64,000 nt of DNA from a virus. This document shows, one piece after another, positions 59,646-64,000 of the stretch (positions within the stretch are counted from its first letter, which is position 1; every line of letters starts with the position of its first letter). The stretch lies in the IMG/VR virus record IMGVR_UViG_3300029258_005404; one strand, written 5' to 3'. The notes below the pieces were generated by a model. The model searched no databases. It was not told the origin of the DNA and saw only the letters and a program-made list of their open reading frames with translations. The position numbers were made by a program, and so were the translations under genes.

Positions 59646-60089
59646 TTAAGTCCTTTTGATAATAGGTAAGTTGAACACTAAATTTTGATAAAGTTCAACT
59701 TCTACAGGATGCACTTGTATCTGCGCAAATACAACGTCATTAATTATTTCCAGATTTATAAGTTCAGCGCTATCAATTTTTTCGGTATCAGGAATACCTT
59801 CAGGCTCATCATTTTTCATTGATTCAATGGTCTTATCGATTGAAACAGATATTCCTCCTGCTATACTTTGTGGATCATTTAATACCTGTGGCCTATTGAT
59901 ATATTTTTCCGCATCCCCAGCATATTCATCTATAACAAGTCTTTCACCAAATAAATATCTTTTTGTTTTGGTTAGAAATGTTATCTCAAAACGATTAAGT
60001 AATGCACGATTTCCATCAATCCCTTGAGGATTGTCACCTATGGCAATTTCAAATTGCTCTCTTAAATCTGTAATGAAATCAATGTCCAT
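59646..60089 (-). CDS. Baseplate wedge gp25/GPW-like protein
   Basis: 147 aa immediately upstream of baseplate J; LLNRFEITFLT...EKIDSAELINL...VFAQIQV. Confidence 0.65.
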   Translation of the reverse strand: MDIDFITDLREQFEIAIGDNPQGIDGNRALLNRFEITFLTKTKRYLFGERLVIDEYAGDAEKYINRPQVLNDPQSIAGGISVSIDKTIESMKNDEPEGIPDTEKIDSAELINLEIINDVVFAQIQVHPVEVELYQNLVFNLPIIKRT

Positions 60090-60128
60090 AATATTAAAAT
60101 AGTAATAAAACCCTTATAACGCTATTGA

Positions 60129-62207
60129 TTAATCTATGCTTCCAAAAGTATCCGGAGGTAATTCATTAAAATCTTTTTGCGTAAATTCAGCATTCATATC
60201 CCAATTATCTATATATGATCGCGCACCAATTAACCTTCCTTCATTTTCCTCTATAGTTGCTATGAAATTTAAATCTATTTCCGATGGAGGAATACAGGCA
60301 TTTGCAAGAGCCGCAGCTTCTGCAGCTTCAGCATTATTATAAAGATCAGGGTAGGCCGCACGACAATTTGCGTATGTTGGCATAGTATCATCAAGGCCAC
60401 CCTTTATTATAGATGTTACAATATCTGCAGTCACTGCTGCAATACTCATTCCAGTTGCGAAATTTTCAAGTAATCCTGCATTTGCAAGAATTCGTGAAAG
60501 GTTTCCAGCTTCCGATGACATATATGGAGTATATGAATTTAAAGTATTTAATACTACTGAATTGTGATTAAGTAAAACTTTAAATGTATTATTTAAACTT
60601 TTAAGTATATTTGCTATTTCTCTTCTGTCATCTTCATCATTAGAAATAGCTAATGGTGGAACTTTTGCAAGAACTGTTATTGCATCTGCTATCATTTGTA
60701 TATATGGGCTTATTTTACTATCTGTTGGCGATACCGCCCACACACCAACCTCTCCATCCCAATCAGGAATTTGTTCGAGAGCTTTATAAAATTTTTCAAA
60801 ATCGTCATTAGCAAATTGTAAAACATCATCAGAATTAATCAAATCAGCCAAACTTTGAGTTATTGTTCCATCAAGTAACGCATCTGCTGATGATAATAAT
60901 CCATATCCTGTCGATACTGTTGTTGCTAATTCTGTTGAACTTATTTTTGCAGACGGGGTTTCATATCTAGCCACATTCTCAGAAAAATCTTCTTCTGCAA
61001 CTTCCATTAGTGATTGTGCCGTCTCAATTGATTTAATTGCTGCAGACGCCGAGGCATTTGATGTCTTTCTTAACATATCAATAATTTCATTGATAAGATT
61101 TGTAATCAAATTTCTTATATCGTAGATTGCATTACAAAGAGCCTGGCTCCTAATATAAGCAGAATATGCATCTTTTAAATTTTCAACAAATGCTGCAAGA
61201 TTATTTCCTAAATTATTTATATCATTTGAAAATTCAGCAGCAATTCCGCCAATTGCGTTAAAATATGTGCTTTTATCTATCGCAGCTTGTGCTGTTGCTT
61301 CTAATTCTGCAGCGTGTAATTTTTCTTTATACTCTGTATCAAGAACATTTCTTTTTATCGCATATTCATGTCGCAATTTTTCTTCTTCAAGAGCATTTTT
61401 TAGACTTTCACTATTTTTACTTATTAATGCAGATTGATTACTATACCATAAAGAAAGTTCTTTTCTACTTTTTTTATAATTACTATCTATTTTTTCTTTT
61501 AATTCTTTGTACCGTTTGTCGCGATTTTGTTCAACTTTTTTTGTTATTTGAAATTTTGTATCAACAATAGAATCCGGCTTTGTGATACTTATTGCCTGTT
61601 CAAGATTAAATTGCATCTGACGATATTTTGTTTCATTAAAAACAGCATTTCTTGCTCCACTTTCTTCTGATGGATCGCCCTCAAGCTCGGTTATAATATC
61701 AATAGAAAGAAATATTGCTTCCTGAATATATGGAAGTGCCGTTTTTAATTGTTCATAATACCGTGAACCTCCAATACCTTGCGTCCATTTAAGTATGATA
61801 TATAATATTGTACGCATGTTACGTCTTGCCTCTCGTAGCAACTTCCTTTCTTCATTAGCCGCCTTAACCGCTTCTTTATGAGGAATTGCCACGAGAGAAA
61901 ATATTGCTGTAGGATTTGCTAAAAGGATTTTCAATATCGATGAAAGAATAGATTCAAGTAATGTACTTGCCATTCCTGAAACAGAACCAAGCATTGATTT
62001 GGCAATAGATCCAGCTGCTGATGATATTGCTGAAATTGTTTCTGCCGACATTACATCAAGTAAATTAACAATTCCATATTTCAACTTGGCTTTATTTTCT
62101 AATAACGATTTAAGTTTCTGCGAAATTTCTCTCACACGCTTAATAATCTTGACAATAGAAATTTGCGTTTTGAGTATTGTTTCGCATGCTTGTTTTTGAG
62201 GGGGCAT
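60129..62207 (-). CDS. Alpha-helical coiled-coil structural protein (tail/baseplate-associated)
   Basis: 692 aa, Ala/Leu/Ser-rich helical composition. Confidence 0.55.
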   Translation of the reverse strand: MPPQKQACETILKTQISIVKIIKRVREISQKLKSLLENKAKLKYGIVNLLDVMSAETISAISSAAGSIAKSMLGSVSGMASTLLESILSSILKILLANPTAIFSLVAIPHKEAVKAANEERKLLREARRNMRTILYIILKWTQGIGGSRYYEQLKTALPYIQEAIFLSIDIITELEGDPSEESGARNAVFNETKYRQMQFNLEQAISITKPDSIVDTKFQITKKVEQNRDKRYKELKEKIDSNYKKSRKELSLWYSNQSALISKNSESLKNALEEEKLRHEYAIKRNVLDTEYKEKLHAAELEATAQAAIDKSTYFNAIGGIAAEFSNDINNLGNNLAAFVENLKDAYSAYIRSQALCNAIYDIRNLITNLINEIIDMLRKTSNASASAAIKSIETAQSLMEVAEEDFSENVARYETPSAKISSTELATTVSTGYGLLSSADALLDGTITQSLADLINSDDVLQFANDDFEKFYKALEQIPDWDGEVGVWAVSPTDSKISPYIQMIADAITVLAKVPPLAISNDEDDRREIANILKSLNNTFKVLLNHNSVVLNTLNSYTPYMSSEAGNLSRILANAGLLENFATGMSIAAVTADIVTSIIKGGLDDTMPTYANCRAAYPDLYNNAEAAEAAALANACIPPSEIDLNFIATIEENEGRLIGARSYIDNWDMNAEFTQKDFNELPPDTFGSID

Positions 62208-62262
62208 TATTTTTTTTCCTTATCATTCTTTTTATACGTTGCCGCGATAGTATTAATCCTCA

Positions 62263-63999
62263 TTATGACAGTCTGGGGCCGAAAAGCGCACCACCAATAC
62301 CACCTACAATACCACCTGATATTATCCGCCTCGGAAGGTATTCCCAGTATCTCGCTCTTGCTTTTTCCTTTTCCGTCTCGACACGATTCTTGTAATCTTC
62401 AACACTCTCCAGACTTCTTCTTCTACTCACCTTGTGCTTATAAGGAAAGGCAGAGCCAACCGCACCAATAACACCACCCACTGCAGCTCTGGTTAAAACA
62501 GGATGCTCTATTGCTGCATGGGTCATCATGGCAACGCCGTCACCTATCATCTTTGAAAGTTTGGCAGCAATTGCCGATTTTGATGACAATTTAATTATCT
62601 CACTATAAAAAGAACTATTATAGGATGATTCCTTTTGCATTCCCTCTTCCTTAAAAATATCAAGGAATTTATCAAGAAGTTCCTGTTTATTTTTACTTAG
62701 ATTTTCTAAGTATTGATCGGCAGATGTGTCAGACTTTTTCCTGAAAACTTTTTGTATAATATTTTTGGGAATTGTCGTTTGGTATTTTATTACATCAACT
62801 TTCCTTTCATCGCTTGGGAGGTTTTCATGAGATTTGTATCTAATTCCCCTACCGATAACCTGCTCGATCCTTGATTGGTTCCAGTGCGGCTCAACTATCT
62901 GAATAGAACGGGTCTCTTTTAGGTCAAGACCCTCTGAGCCTGCTCCGCTTACCAGAATTGCCTTTACCTCACCTTTATTGTATTTATCAACAGATTCCTT
63001 TTTCTTCTTGTCATTTAACTGGCCGGTAAAACGGGCGTATGGTATACCACGCCTCTCCATCTCCTCTGCAATAATATCAACACCAGCGCCAATATAATTT
63101 GAGTACACAATACCTTTATGCTTCTTATTCTTTTTTACCTTTTCTTCAAAATCATCAACAACAGCTTTAAGTTTTGGTGAAATCATTTCTTTACCACCAT
63201 ACGGCCTCGTAGTATTGGATACCTGCCTTGCCGCAGTCATAAATGCATTTAATTCTTTCAGCTCTTTCTTTGATAAAGGCATGTTCATACGAATTTTTAA
63301 CGCAACGACAGGATTGGCCCTTTTGGTAATATATTGATAATATTTAACTTGCTCTGGTGATGCCTCAACTCCCTTCACCTCATCGATACGATCTGGATAG
63401 TTTTCTTCACCGGGCTTATAATAATGAACCTTTCCCTTAATAGCTCCTTTAATCTCATCAACGTGCCTGGGGTAAAATTCGACACCCGGCTTCATACCCA
63501 TCAAATACTTTAATGGTGATAAGCCAATCACCTTCTCTCCAACAAATTTTGTATTAAACATATATGGGTCAAGAGGTATATTCCTCGCTTCTGGAGTCAA
63601 CGTTCTTATAATTGGCGCAAGCTCATACGGATGGTTCGTCGCAGGGGTTCCGGTTAAAAGTATCCTTTTCGGGTATGATAGTGCAGACCCAACAACTGCC
63701 TGCGAAGTCATTGTATCATGCCTACCAATGCGCTGAGGCTCATCGAATACAACAGCTTTTGCTCCTGGAGTTGGGCCCTCTTTTATGAACTTATTATAAG
63801 AAACAACATTCCTCTTCGCACCCCCAGGTGTAGTAAATTTATCAAGCTCCTTTTTATAATTCTCTCTGAGAGATGCAGGCACAACAACATCAACAGAGCC
63901 ACCATCTTCAGTTCCGGCAATTGATGTTATTGTCTTTCCTGAACCCAAATGGTGGAGTAGAAGAAGAGCATTTTCTTTATCAAGCTTTTTTAAAGCTTC
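62263..63999 (-). CDS. SF2 helicase resembling NCLDV D6/D11 (VETF/NPH-I) helicases, with a basic Gly-rich C-terminal extension (5' end outside the window)
   Basis: Frame is open to the window edge (EALKKLDKENALLLLHHLGSGKT); FDEPQ, LLTGTP, EGLDLK, HWNQSRIEQVIGRGIRYKSHENLP. Confidence 0.85.
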   Translation of the reverse strand, partial: EALKKLDKENALLLLHHLGSGKTITSIAGTEDGGSVDVVVPASLRENYKKELDKFTTPGGAKRNVVSYNKFIKEGPTPGAKAVVFDEPQRIGRHDTMTSQAVVGSALSYPKRILLTGTPATNHPYELAPIIRTLTPEARNIPLDPYMFNTKFVGEKVIGLSPLKYLMGMKPGVEFYPRHVDEIKGAIKGKVHYYKPGEENYPDRIDEVKGVEASPEQVKYYQYITKRANPVVALKIRMNMPLSKKELKELNAFMTAARQVSNTTRPYGGKEMISPKLKAVVDDFEEKVKKNKKHKGIVYSNYIGAGVDIIAEEMERRGIPYARFTGQLNDKKKKESVDKYNKGEVKAILVSGAGSEGLDLKETRSIQIVEPHWNQSRIEQVIGRGIRYKSHENLPSDERKVDVIKYQTTIPKNIIQKVFRKKSDTSADQYLENLSKNKQELLDKFLDIFKEEGMQKESSYNSSFYSEIIKLSSKSAIAAKLSKMIGDGVAMMTHAAIEHPVLTRAAVGGVIGAVGSAFPYKHKVSRRRSLESVEDYKNRVETEKEKARARYWEYLPRRIISGGIVGGIGGALFGPRLS

Positions 64000-64000
64000 A

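Noticed and set aside
25351-63924. Numerous short plus-strand ORFs across the structural block, and short minus-strand ORFs in 2285-22962
   Set aside because: Antisense or out-of-frame shadows of long, motif-bearing genes.
1-64000. Stop-codon reassignment (alternative genetic code)
   Set aside because: Long intact genes terminate at TAA, TAG and TGA, and coding density is high under code 11.

Overview
This AT-rich window (roughly 30-35% GC) is almost certainly part of a large (jumbo-type) tailed phage genome with a contractile tail; there are no host housekeeping operons. Layout: (i) 1-1273, minus strand: 5' part of a phage-encoded two-barrel RNA polymerase beta subunit, which the ORF track missed because it runs off the window edge. 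(ii) 1450-25304, plus strand: replication, recombination and nuclease genes (DnaG-type primase fused to an MCM-like helicase, SSB-like and Gp3/RDF-like proteins, a DnaQ + Cas4/AddB-like nuclease fusion, a SNF2 helicase, VRR-NUC and two DEDD exoribonucleases). This arm also holds a ~1.15 kb non-coding, GC-rich, elaborately base-paired element (9613-10757) and a five-gene ubiquitin-like conjugation operon (E2, E2, JAB, E1, tandem Ubl; 19577-24821). (iii) 25430-64000, minus strand: virion genes (probable portal, small basic head-associated proteins, tail, fibre and baseplate proteins, a 2597-aa multi-beta-helix protein) and a second SF2 helicase resembling NCLDV D6/D11 (VETF/NPH-I) helicases. The two strongest leads are the large structured RNA-like element and the ubiquitin-like operon. 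All assignments come from motif reading by eye; no database searches or folding programs were run.
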